Source: Trichosphaerium sp. ATCC 40318 (taxonomy: Eukaryota > Protista > Tubulinea). From it: 64,000 nucleotides of DNA. Numbering within the stretch: the first letter of the stretch is position 1; each line of letters opens with the position of its first letter. The stretch spans positions 1 through 64,000 of the forward strand of contig JALMLS010000173.1 in NCBI GenBank assembly GCA_038496445.1, in the 5' to 3' direction. Position numbers and translations under genes: made by a program. This document shows, one piece after another, positions 26,338-37,760 of this stretch. The notes under the pieces were generated by a model. It was given only the letters and a program-made list of their open reading frames with translations. It was not told the origin of the DNA and did not search any database.

Positions 26338-27473
26338 ATGACGTGCTGTTCTCCTGTAACCACTAAGCCACCGACAACAGAGCGAACTCTTGTATACAAA
26401 GTTGTAGTTCTTGGGGCCATATATGTGGGTACGGTTTATAACACATTAATATTTACACTAACCTTGTTTTAAGGGAAAACTAGCGTACATAAAATCAAGT
26501 CACTTGTTCAAAACATCTCAACTCATTTGTAGCTTGCCGGGCGCATAACAACAAACACATTTTATGATGGTACGCCAATCACATGTAGCAAAGGCTCAAA
26601 TTACCAGACCAGAAACCCACAATTGCAGCCGCATACTTGACGAAAAATCTTGACACAGACGACGGAAAACAGATAACTCTAGAAATATGGTACGCAAGTC
26701 TATTTTGTTTCATTACACTAATCTTATTCCACCAGGGACACAAGTGGTTTGGAAATGTACGACTTGGATTCAATCTAACGAAATATCCTAGGTGACGAGC
26801 GATACAATTCTATCATACCTATGTACTACAGGTGCGCCATATAAATCGCGATATCTGGTGTTATAAATTAAAGTTACAGTTCGACTGGCTTTTTTTCCCC
26901 AACGTCACAGAATGAGATTATGTATTTATTTCGCTTATAAAATGAGCGTTTTCAACGTGTGGGGAAAAAAAGCGGAGAATTTGAACGAAATCCTTTTTCA
27001 AATACAACTAATTTGTTCCTCTTGTTAACCAATATGCTAGAAACGCAGACCTTGCCCTTATTGTATATGATGTAACCAATTCAGAGTCACTTGAAGTAAG
27101 AGAATTTATTTTCACAAGGAAAAGTGTAACAAGTTTAGAAAGCTGATTATTGGATGAAGACGCTTCAAAAAAAAGTGCTCGATTGTGACACCATTGTATG
27201 TGCAAATAAGATTGATGAAGTAGATCATAGAATCACTTTAGAGGATGGTCAAAGTAAGTTTAACAACCCAAAGGTTGCTGCGTTCATAGAGGTATCAGCA
27301 AAAACAGGAGAGGGTGTTGATGGGTACCTTGAAATTTTAATTACTTTTTTTTACAACTTGATTTTCTGAAACAACTTAGTTTACTTAAACACATGGCAAA
27401 GATTTTGAGCACAAAAACCCCACAAAATTCTCATCAACGTAATGGATTGCGAGTTTTAGAGAGCACAGAATAA
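26338..27473 (+). CDS. Atypical Rab5-like small GTPase, copy A (9 exons, intact)
   Basis: Spliced: [106 protein letters not shown]. All introns are GT-AG. Confidence 0.88.
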
Positions 27474-27479
27474 ATAGAG

Positions 27480-27945
27480 TCGCCAAGGCTCACTTTTTTT
27501 GAGCACCATTTCACCTGTTTCGGTTATATTTATTTGTTATCATCATTCAAGTTTGCAAAACTATGCAACTTTTTGCTGTTTGTGACTTTTGGTTTCTGTG
27601 TTTAGTCATCAGACAGATCTTGCACCTTCTGTTAGTTCTTACAGGATCTTGAAAAAACAAAATCCACGTGGACATGTACAAGGCATACAAATATTTTTGC
27701 GACACCACGTGTTCTTAACCACCATTATTTTATTTTGTACATTAGCTTATGTAGTTCTAAAACGGGTACAAATTGATAATGCTTTTTTACACGTTAACTT
27801 ACTAGCACAACAGCACATTCAGGCGTATATATTTCACGTGAGATAACGTAAAAACCACAAAGAAAATTAAATTGATTACAAGCGCTTCCAAAGTATCTTG
27901 AGCTGAGTGTACGGTATTTCCATAGCGTAATAATCCGTTTTAGAG
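27480..27945 (+). repeat. Dispersed non-coding repeat; other copies at about 20440-20905 (-), 28000-28255 (-), 28452-28920 (-) and a diverged one at 40490-40700 (+)
   Basis: Shared core TTTTTGCTGTTTGTGA..TTTAGTCA..AGATCTTGCA..GTTAGTTCTT..CCACGTG. A 20-bp sub-repeat AGATCTTG(C/T)AAGAACTAACA is tandem at 28121-28160 and about 20729-20770. Confidence 0.75.
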
Positions 27946-28972
27946 TATAGGTGACAACTGTTGGATTAGAGGTCATCAGAGGCACCAACAGAACTCAACG
28001 CTAATGTACCAAATAAATATAATTTGTTGAAACACGTGTAGCAATAATATGTACGCGTTGTACACTGGATTGTATTTCCTCCGGAACTGACAAGATCCGT
28101 CAGATCTTGTAGTTTTTGACAGATCTTGCAAGAACTAACAAGATCTTGTAAGAACTAACAGAAGTTGCAAGATCTGTCAGATCTGACTAAACACGAAACC
28201 AAAAGTCACAAACAGCAAAAAGTTGCAAAGATTAGCAAACTTGAATGATACGGACAATACCCACATTTGATTACCATTGCAACATCCTCTTTGGCTACAA
28301 GGTTTGTAAACCTAAATATATTGAGTGGTATGACATGGATGAAGCTGCTTGAAACAGTACATGAAGACAAATATAACTGACAGAATCTTGTAAGTTTGGT
28401 AATCAGGGAAAAAAGGAACCGCACCTCTAATGTACAACGATTGTCTCCTACTAAAACGGATTATTACGCTATGGAAATACCGTACACTCAGCTCAAGATA
28501 CTTTGGAAGCGCTTGTAATCAATTTAATTTTCTTTGTGGTTTTTACGTTATCTCACGTGAAATATATACGCCTGAATGTGCTGTTGTGCTAGTAAGTTAA
28601 CGTGTAAAAAAGCATTATCAATTTGTACCCGTTTTAGAACTACATAAGTTAATGTACCAAATAAAATAATGGTGGCTAAGAACACGTGGTGTCGTAATAA
28701 TATTTGTATGCCTTGTATATGTCCACGTGGATTTTGTTTTTTCAGAGATCCTGTAAGAACTAACAGAAGGTGCAAGATCTGTCAGATGACTAAACACGAA
28801 ACCAAAATCACAAACAGCAAAAAGTTGCAAACTTGAACAATATGGACAATGTGGTAACAAATAAATATAACCGAAACAGTTGAAGTGCTCAAAAAAGTGA
28901 GCCTTGGCGACTCTATTTATTATGAACAATTTACCTTTAACATTCTGAATTGATACAATCACTTTGTGCTCT

Positions 28973-30075
28973 TTATAAATTTACCAGTCCTCCCTGTTTA
29001 TGAGAGCTTTGTGGGGGTTTGGCACTCAAAATCTTTGCCATGTGTGCAAGTAAGCTAAGTTGTTTCAGAACATCAGGGTGTAACAAAAAAAGTAATTAAA
29101 AATCTGTTTCAAAGTACCCATCAACACCCTCTCCTGTTGAAGCTGATACCTCTGTGAACGCGGTAACCTGTAGATCTTCAAACTTGCATTGAACTTCCTC
29201 TGAAGTGACTGTTCGATCTACTCTATCAATCTTATTTGCACATACAATGGTGTAACAATCGGGCACATTTTTTTGAAGCTCCCTCATCCAATAATCAGCT
29301 CTCTAAACTTGTTACACTTTTCCTAGTGAAAACCACCCTGGTGACAATAAATAAATTCTCTTACTTCGAGTGACTCTGAATTGGTTACATCATATACAAT
29401 AAGGGCAAGGTCTGCGTTTCTAGCATATTGGTTAACAAGAGGAACCAATTAGTTATATTTGAAAAAGGATTTCCTTCAAATTCTCTGCTTTTTTTCACCA
29501 CGTTGGGAAAAAAAGTCAGAGTTGAACATAGTCGAACTGCAACTTTAATTACACCAGCGGTTTATATGGCGCACCTGTAGTATATAGGCATAAGAGCCTT
29601 GTATCGCTCGTGACCTAGGATATTTCGTTAGATTGTATCCAAATTGTACATTTCCAAACCACTTGTGTCCCTAGTGGAATAACATTAGTGTAATGAACAC
29701 AATAAACTTACTTACCATATTTCTAGACCTATCTGTGTTCCTTCGTCTGTGACAAGGTCTTTCGTCATGTATACGCCTCCAATTGTGGGTTCCTTGTCTG
29801 GTAATTTGAGTTTGATATAGACATATGATTGGCGTACCATCATCAAATGTGTTGTTTATTATGCGTGTGCCAAGCTACAAATGAGTTGAGATGTTTGAAC
29901 AAGTGACTTGATTTTATGTACGCTAGTTTTCCCTTAAAACAAGGTTAGTGTAAATATTAATGTATTATAAAACCGTACCCACAAATATGGCCCCAAGAAA
30001 TACAACTTTGTATCTTGTAAGAGTTTCCTCGTTTGTTGGTGGGTTTTCTACAGTGTAACAGCAAGAGGTGCTCAT
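28973..30075 (-). CDS. Atypical Rab5-like small GTPase, copy B (intact)
   Basis: Spliced: [109 protein letters not shown]. Confidence 0.88.
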
Positions 30076-30311
30076 GTTATTTTTTTTTTTTGTTTATTGA
30101 ATTTACAAGAACTATTCACTCACATGTTGAGCCTTGTGCGTTCACATGAAAGAAATTGGCGGTTCTTTAGTTCCACAAAGCATAACATAAAGTGAGCAAA
30201 AAAAATACGGTTCCTTTCATTGAAAAACAAAGTGTAAAAGTAGGAAGGAACCAACTACAAAACAGAAAATAAACGGACAAACCAACACAAACACGACTAG
30301 TTCTTTTGTCC
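30076..30311. promoter_or_regulatory. Putative bidirectional promoter of pair 2 (Rab B / dynamin-VPS9)
   Basis: 236 bp between divergent ATGs; mirror of 26099-26337. Confidence 0.6.
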
Positions 30312-33300
30312 ATGGAAAAGAGTGTGGAACTAAATACTAATGGTACCAGTGGTTATTCTTATGCCAACAATTGAATTACTCACATACACTCAAGAGTTGG
30401 AGCTAGAAATTGATATCAATTTGCTCAGTGAACAGCTTGGCCTCACCATATTGCTGAAAGAAAAAGTAAAAGAGTTTTATGAAGACAAAGAATTTCAAGT
30501 GCGTGAAACGGCCCATATGCCACCCCACCTTACTTAAATTTGTAGACGGCATTAAAATCGTTCTCAGAAATGAAGGAGGTGTCTGTCGTTTCCAAAAATC
30601 TGTTTTCTGGGACTTCCCCGTTTGCTGTTGTACATGAAATGTCTAGGGAGCACTTGAAAAGGGTAAGGTACACTTTTTGATATTAAATCTGATTAAACGA
30701 ACCACAGCTCGAAAGTGATAAGGCCACTGTGGTACTCTATGGTGGTAATGCAGGAAAAAGCACCCTTGGCAATATATTTCTTGGCGCAGATATACTACCA
30801 ACAGCAAAAACACGGTGCACATCTTGTTCTTGTATTATTTCTTCAGGAATGCGGGACACAGCCAGGTAATTTTTTGTACTTCGTAACTTTTTTTTCCTTA
30901 AACCAATTTAGAGCAGCACGCGTTGCTTTAGAGCCCAACGCTGATATAAAACAAACGTGGGATCGTCCTGATGTACAAGGCAAGCACCTGGAACTTAAAT
31001 CGGTATTGGCGACTTTGCAAAAAAATCCAGAAATTTCCGCAGATAAGCTTGGTTAGTATACTATTATCTGTAACTACACAGCTAATAATAACCAAGGTGA
31101 AACACTACGTGTACTATTTGATATACCGAAGGCGCTGCATAAATATCCGCTAGTAAAGGAAGTCCAATTTCAACAGTACTTAAAAAAATCTGGAACTTTT
31201 TTTTTGACCAAATGTAGCCCTATTTTTGGCATAGACAAGCCTGGTATATGCATCATCGATACCCCTGGAAATAGCACTGAACGCTCAAGATTACAAGCAA
31301 AACATTATGTTTATTCAGCATCTTTGATTATCCACGTGTTACTGTGTGGAGATGTTACTGTACGAGCACAAAGAGATTTACAGAACTGACTCTACAATTT
31401 AGGGAGAACGTGAACTAAAATTTATTGCTCATCAACATTCCATGGGCAAAAATGTTTTGTTTGTTCTCAATATTTACAGTACAGACTCAGAAGAAGATAT
31501 TCGGAAGGCAGAGAAGATATTACGGGACGAGTTACAGATTGAGGACCCTAAAATATTTAAAGTGCGTGGAATTTAATTGTTTGTAATATTTAATGGTAGC
31601 ACACATAGTTCAACATAAAGCAATGTAGTAAAGGTGAAAAGAGTCCAGATTTCACTAAGTTCAAAAGAGCTCTCAGTGAAAGTTTGCAAGCAGTGTCAAA
31701 CACAACAGTATCAACAATGTTGAGTAATATGCGTCAATTGATTCGGTATGGAAACATGGATAGAATACATTTGTGCCTGTTGATCCTCTATTTAGTGTGC
31801 AGCATTTATTCTTGTCCAAGATAATATTGGCACATGTTACGAAATCGATTGATAAGCCAAACACTACTCTGTCCAAGATTGATTACAAAGATGTTGAACG
31901 AAAAGTTAAAAAAATACATATTGAGATTCGAAGATTTGAAACGGAAGCAAGACTAAAAGTAGAAGAAGTTAAGAAAAATTTCAAGGCGCGTTTCTCAACA
32001 GTAGTAGACAAATTTAAAAACGTACTGTGTGGTTCTACTATATTAGAGGTATGTGTATCGTTTTTTTTTTCATCAACAACTGTTCTCTTATGACGTGCTT
32101 ATTGGTTTTTGTCTTTAGGAAATGACACCAACAGTTCCTTTTGAATTACCAACAAGTTCACGCTGGTTCCAAAGCAATAGGCACTTCACTGACTACGAGT
32201 CGAAGGTTTATGAACAATTAAAGATAAATTTTGATAGATATTCACATGATACTCTGATTACCTTTGTCCATGAAGAGCGAAAAAAACTAGATGTGTGAGT
32301 GTTTTGTATTATTTGATCACGTGTATTTAACAATTAATTTAATTCAAAAGGTGGATACAAAGTCAAGTAGAAAGCTTACAAACAATCACCAGAGAAGTTT
32401 TTAAGAATAAAAGTAGTTCAGTTTGGTACGTTCAAATCATATGTACAACGAATGAAAAAAAAAAAAAAAAGGAAGAGAGTACCTTCAGTGGGTTTTGCCT
32501 TGCTTTCACACATTTTATTTAAATTTGTGGTCATGGTTTTCTTTAGCTCATCTCAAACTCTTGAATTGAGTACTCAGGTTCGTTATTTATTACTATTTTT
32601 TACCAAAGTGTACTTATAAATTGATAGTGGAATGCTCAACGATTAGGTATATACCATTCGTCCGTTTAATTTCTTAGTCTCATATTTTTCCAAGCACCTA
32701 CAAGTTCAAATGTTGCTACAGCTTCATTTGGCGTTGCTGGTGCTGCAAGTGTAGCAATAGTTGGTACAACAATATTATTGAATACTACTTATTGATCCCT
32801 GCAGCTGCCACGATGCTATCTGTACTTACAGTGACTACTGGTGGTATGGCCGTTCTGGCTGTTGGAGCGGGAGCAATTGCTCTTCCAAACATATGGCCTT
32901 CTACAATGCCGTCTGGAAACGATGAACAAGGTATGGTTTGTAGTGCTTTTATGTTTGTTTAGACTAACACGATGCTAACACGATGTAGAAACCAAACAGA
33001 GACTATTTGAAATGCTGATAAAGAACTTAAAAGATATCACAAACAAGGCAGAGTTCACTAATTTGACTAATAAGGCTCTGGGCAACCTTGAAGGGAATAT
33101 TGCGTACATATGTAATTGCCTTAATGTTTGCGTCTTAGACATTGAGAGTGTTGTTAACGTAAGAATACTTAACTGGTTTTTTTTTTTTATCTATTGTAAT
33201 CTAACCTAATAATGCAGGCGCAACGATTGTCTTTGGACTTAACTGAAACTGCACTATGTGAATATGTATGGAAGAGAGAGTTCTTGACAAAACATAGAGT

Positions 33301-34571
33301 AAAAATAGAGGGGGCATGTACTCAATATAACTTTAATACTGCAGAAATAAGAGAGAAAGTTGACCCAGCAACAGAAAGCATGGTATTTAAAAAAATTCAC
33401 GCTTTAACACTCACATGATTTGTTAAGACACCAATATGTTTTGTGTGTAAAGACCCAATTCATCGTTGCAACCATTTATGTACCTATTGTGCTTATAAGC
33501 TAAAAGAGAAGTGTCCTATATGCGAAGGTGGCATAACTGGGTGGATGGTAGATAAAATAAAACCAGAAAACCATCAAGTACGTTACTTTAGAAATGTGAT
33601 TATTTCTGATATATTCAACAAGGTTTACAAGAATAGTACGGTATATAGTACTACTGCGTTATATGAACAACTAGAGTACGTCATGGTACCCTTATAAGTC
33701 TAAATTGTAGAGTAGACAACATGAGAATTCTATTAAACAATTTGGTATTTTGTTTGGTCAAAAGCACACCACGTCAGATGTCAAAGAACTTGCTTGTGCA
33801 TTGAAAGATGTACTCGCTAAGATAGTTGGCAACTTTACACCAAAATTTAAGCTCCCATATGAGGTTAAAAATACGATTATGGCTTGGGTACATGCCAAAC
33901 TATTTGAGGAACAAGATATCTCTTCTCTAGTGTATGGCACATACAAAAGACATGTACTTAAGATACTTTCCACCATGTACCTTCAAGCCTAATTTTCTAT
34001 TTATTTAGTACGAAAAGGAAGATAAGGAGTTGACCAAGGCTATGCTTGAACACACAAACGACCCCTTGCCAGAAGCACGTGTTCCAAAATATTCTTTTGT
34101 ACTTAATATTTTACGAAATAGGTGCTCCAAGGTTCTACACAGTGGAAAGATGCTGTTGATGCAATAAAACGAATGTCAGAAGCGAAATCTCCTTACCAAA
34201 AATTTTGTCACTTAAGAGAGATGAGTCGACGTATCGGCATTTGCATAAGTATTACCGAAAAAAAAAAAAAAGCAGCTTCTCAACCTATTACGGAAAAGAA
34301 AAAAAGAAGCACATTCTCAATTTTTTCCCAAAAAACAAAAGACAAAGAGCCAAAACCGTATGACTATTACTTTTTATGTGGTGGAGCTGATGAAGTATGG
34401 CCTGCTTTAACTTATGTCATAACACAAGCAAAGTACCAGTACATGCTATCAGACATCAATCTTGTCTACGATAGTTTGTATGACTCTCTTGAAAGTGCTG
34501 ATGAGTATCTTCTACTAACTGTACACAATATCGTAAAAAAATTGGTGTCTATTTTAAATCATGGAAACTAG
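30312..34571 (+). CDS. Dynamin-like GTPase - TM hairpin - RING - VPS9 fusion protein, copy 2
   Basis: Same exon structure as copy 1: VVLYGGNAGKSTLGNIFLGADILPT, IIDTPG, TM segments at about 32700-32900, CFVCKDPIHRCNHLCTYC..CPIC and VPS9 GGADEVWPALTYVITQA..EYLLLTV. Confidence 0.85.
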
Positions 34572-35147
34572 ATAAAAACCTTTTTGGCATAGTTTATGGT
34601 GTTTTTTTTTGTAAAATTGTTTCACAAAAGTTGACTAGTCTGTTCAGCTCTTGACAAGGACTGGTATGAAAGCCCCTTAGTACCATTCTCTTCGACTGTA
34701 TAGTTCAACATAAATCCATTGAGAATAGCAATACAACTCGGCTATGTTCTCCAGATCCAGTGAAAAGAAGAAGAACAGAAATAATTAAGCTATGTAGAGG
34801 TGTGGTTCCTTTTTTCCCTGTGATTAACAGAACTAACAAAACTTACAAGATCCTGTCAGTGTAGTTAGTTCTTTGCAGCACTTTGATACTTGAACAATAT
34901 GAACAATAGCTATCTTAGCTTGTAAATAACCACCTAGTAAGAATAAGTTTAGAAACGTTATATTTGTCTTCATGTACAGTTTCAAGCGGCTCCATCCATG
35001 TCATACCACTCAATATATTAAGGTTTACAAACCTTGTAGCCAAGAGGATATTGCAATGGTAATCAAATGTGGGTATATCTTTAAACTTGAGGCAAAATCT
35101 AACCAGAAAAAGGTCTTGTAAATTCAATAACAACTCCAGGAAATACA

Positions 35148-36196
35148 ATGAGCTCATGCTGCTACATTGTAGAAAAGCCACTGGCAGAAAAGCCTGCAAG
35201 ATACAAAGCAGTATTTCTTGGGTGTTCAGCTGTGGGTACGGTTTATAATACATTAATATTTACACTAACCTTGTTTTAAGGGAAAACTAGCGTACATAAA
35301 ATCAAGTCACTTGTTCAAACATCTCAACTCATTTTTAGCTTGGCATACGCATAACAAGAAACACATTTGATGAATGTACGCCAATCATATGTCTATAGCA
35401 AACTCTCAAACTACTAGACCAAAAACCCACAATTAGAGCTGCATTCATTACGAAAACTCTTGTAACAGACGAAGGAAAACAAATACACCTGGACATTTGG
35501 TAAGTACCCTATATTGTTTCATACCACTAATGTTATTCCACAGGGACACAGACGGTGCCTGAACTGCGTTAATTTTAGACAATCTAACAAAATATCCTAG
35601 GTTCTGAGCGATACAGTGCTCTCCTACCTATATACTACAGGCACACCAATAAAAAGTTGTACTAATCGCTGGTGTTGTAAACTAAAATATCACGTGTTTA
35701 AACCCTTACTTTGGTGGAATTTTGACTTGTTCCTCTCTTGTGTTAACCAAATACCCTTAGAGGCGCAGACCTTGCCATAATTGTATACGATGTATCCAAC
35801 AAAGAGTCATTCAAAGTAAGAGAATTTATTTGTTTACACAGATAGAAGCGTAACATGACTAGAGAGCTGATTGTTGGGTGGAAGAGATTCATGAAAGAGT
35901 GCACAATTGTCACACCATTGTATGTGCAAATAAGATTGATAGAGTAGATCATAGAACAATCACTTTAGAGGATGGTCAAAGCAAGTTTAACAACCCAAAG
36001 GTTAGCGCGTTCATAGAAGTATCAGCTTCAACAGGAGAGGGTGTTGATGGGTACCTTGAAATTTTAATTACTTTTTTTACAACTTGATTTTCTGAAACAA
36101 CTTAGTTTACTTGTACACATGGCAAAGATTTTGAGCAGCAAACCTCCAAAAAGCCTGCAAAAACATAAAGGACTTGTAAATTTATCAATTGTATAG
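35148..36196 (+). CDS. Atypical Rab5-like small GTPase, copy C (intact only if a weak GC donor at 35641 is used)
   Basis: [105 protein letters not shown]. Confidence 0.72.
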
Positions 36197-36454
36197 TTTG
36201 TTACCATACAAAAAGGTCACTAAAATATTTATGTGTACAAGTATATCAAGCATAATTCAATGGATTTATTGAGCCGGATAAGCTGGATAAGTCACAGAGT
36301 CGATACAGATTTCACAAACGACGAAGTCGTATAACAGAGCCGGCCGTTTATTTACAATCACCAATGCTGATTTATTATTTTTTTATTGGAGTACGTTTTT
36401 GCCACTTTCCATTTTGATCCCATTCTTTTGCACTCGCCATTACATATGTTATTT

Positions 36455-36735
36455 CGTTTTCACGTGACAGCAAAAACACACTTGACATACGTATCCTACG
36501 CATCCACCTCCCAAGAAACAACCTTTGAACTTTAAAAACGTGTTTGTATTAGGTAGTGTTCAAGTTAACTTCAAAGGTGTAACACGTACTTCATTGTCAG
36601 ATGTCTTTGACATGTCTAACTTGGTAAAAGTTGTTATACTCCGTTATCGTACGAACTGGACATTTACCTGTTCTACTAACGAGACGTTTAAAATTGATCA
36701 CCTGGAGCTCACCATCTACAACAAAGCTATTACTA
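36455..36735 (-). pseudogene. Degraded fragment paralogous to the F-box-Ras gene (matches about 13890-14195)
   Basis: Clear nucleotide similarity including introns (AAAAACGTGTTTGTATTAGGTAGTGTTCAAGTTAACTT). The P-loop exon reads GCFLGGGCVGY and there is an in-frame stop upstream. Confidence 0.75.
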
Positions 36736-36965
36736 CATATTTCTACTAGCAAGCTGATTTGTATAGGGCACAACTGCTACTGGATTCAAAAAAAAAGTGA
36801 GGGTGTACTTAAGTGGATCGTGTAAAAACCACATGCTCTGAGCTTGAACTATCTATCAGGGACAAATGTGCTTTCTTTTTCCAAGGCTGTTTATTGCGTG
36901 TTGCTGGTTGAAAGGCATTGGTCTAAATATTAACTGAATGTACACCAGATAGAACTTTTAACTGT

Positions 36966-37760
36966 TCAGGTGTCCCGATAGATTTTATGAACACCAACAA
37001 GGGATTGTAACCCTTTATCTGTAATGTACCTGCAAAATGAAAGAGATATGGTATGGACGCCAGCAAGTGCTTTTAATCCTTCATCTGTAACTGATGTAGC
37101 ATCTAGAAAGATTGTATGAACGCTGGCAAGTGCTTCTAACCCTTTATCTGAAATTGATGTGCAAGATAGATAGATTGTGTGAACACCAGACAGTGCTTTC
37201 AATCCTTCATCTGTAACTGAGGTATCATTAAGAGAAATCATATGTACACCAGAAAGTGCTTTCAACCCTTCATCTGTAACCGAGGTATCATTAAGAGAAA
37301 TGACATATACACCAGAAAGTGCTTTCAACCCTTCATCTGTAACCGAGGTATCAGTAAGAGAAATGGTATGTACGCCAGCAAGTGCTTTTACCCCTTCATC
37401 AATTAAAGGATGCGCACATTGACTAAGGTTAATGGAACGAACACCAGCAAACGTCTTTATAACATCATTAGACGTTGCTTTGCCAGTAAGTGTGATGTGT
37501 GTGTTGGAGAGTACTTGAGTGTTTTAAAATAGCTTTTGCTTGGTCAACACTTGAAATACAGACGCGACAGTATCCTATAATATCGTGAATGATAGATGCA
37601 AGGCGATGACAAGTTTGAGAAGCGGCAAAGCGTGAGTTTGTTGTTTTACGTAAAATATGAGCTAAAATCTCTGTGGGAAGGTCTAATATGCTTGTCGTAG
37701 GTTAGAACAGTTTAACAACTAATTTTGTTCTTACTTCTCGGTTATGCTCTTTTCTGACAT
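36966..37760 (-). pseudogene. F-box/LRR gene with 66-bp (22-aa) tandem LRRs, frameshifted
   Basis: F-box ILDLPTEILAHIL..SQTCHRL, a frame break near 37525, then near-identical repeats ALSGVHxISLNDTSVTDEGLK. No clear splice acceptor at the expected position after exon 1. Confidence 0.7.

Larger units (their letters stand above)
20910..36188. repeat. Large imperfect inverted duplication (arms about 20910-27942 and 28452-36188, ~500 bp spacer)
   Basis: Mirror-image near-identical ORF pairs in the track (25352/30715, 25019/31204, 24283/31773, 23212/33012, 23001/33212, 22725/33443, 21851/34122, 27589/28548). Inner junctions at ..TAATCCGTTTTAG (about 27942) and CTAAAACGGATTA (about 28452). Confidence 0.95.

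Noticed and set aside
28081-28190. 20-bp repeats resembling a CRISPR array
   Set aside because: Only two or three adjacent units without unique spacers, in a eukaryotic context with no cas genes.
30312-30400. Apparent in-frame TGA after MEKSVELNTN in both fusion genes (readthrough or alternative code?)
   Set aside because: A GT..AG intron removes it in both copies and restores the frame; other genes use TGA as a normal stop.
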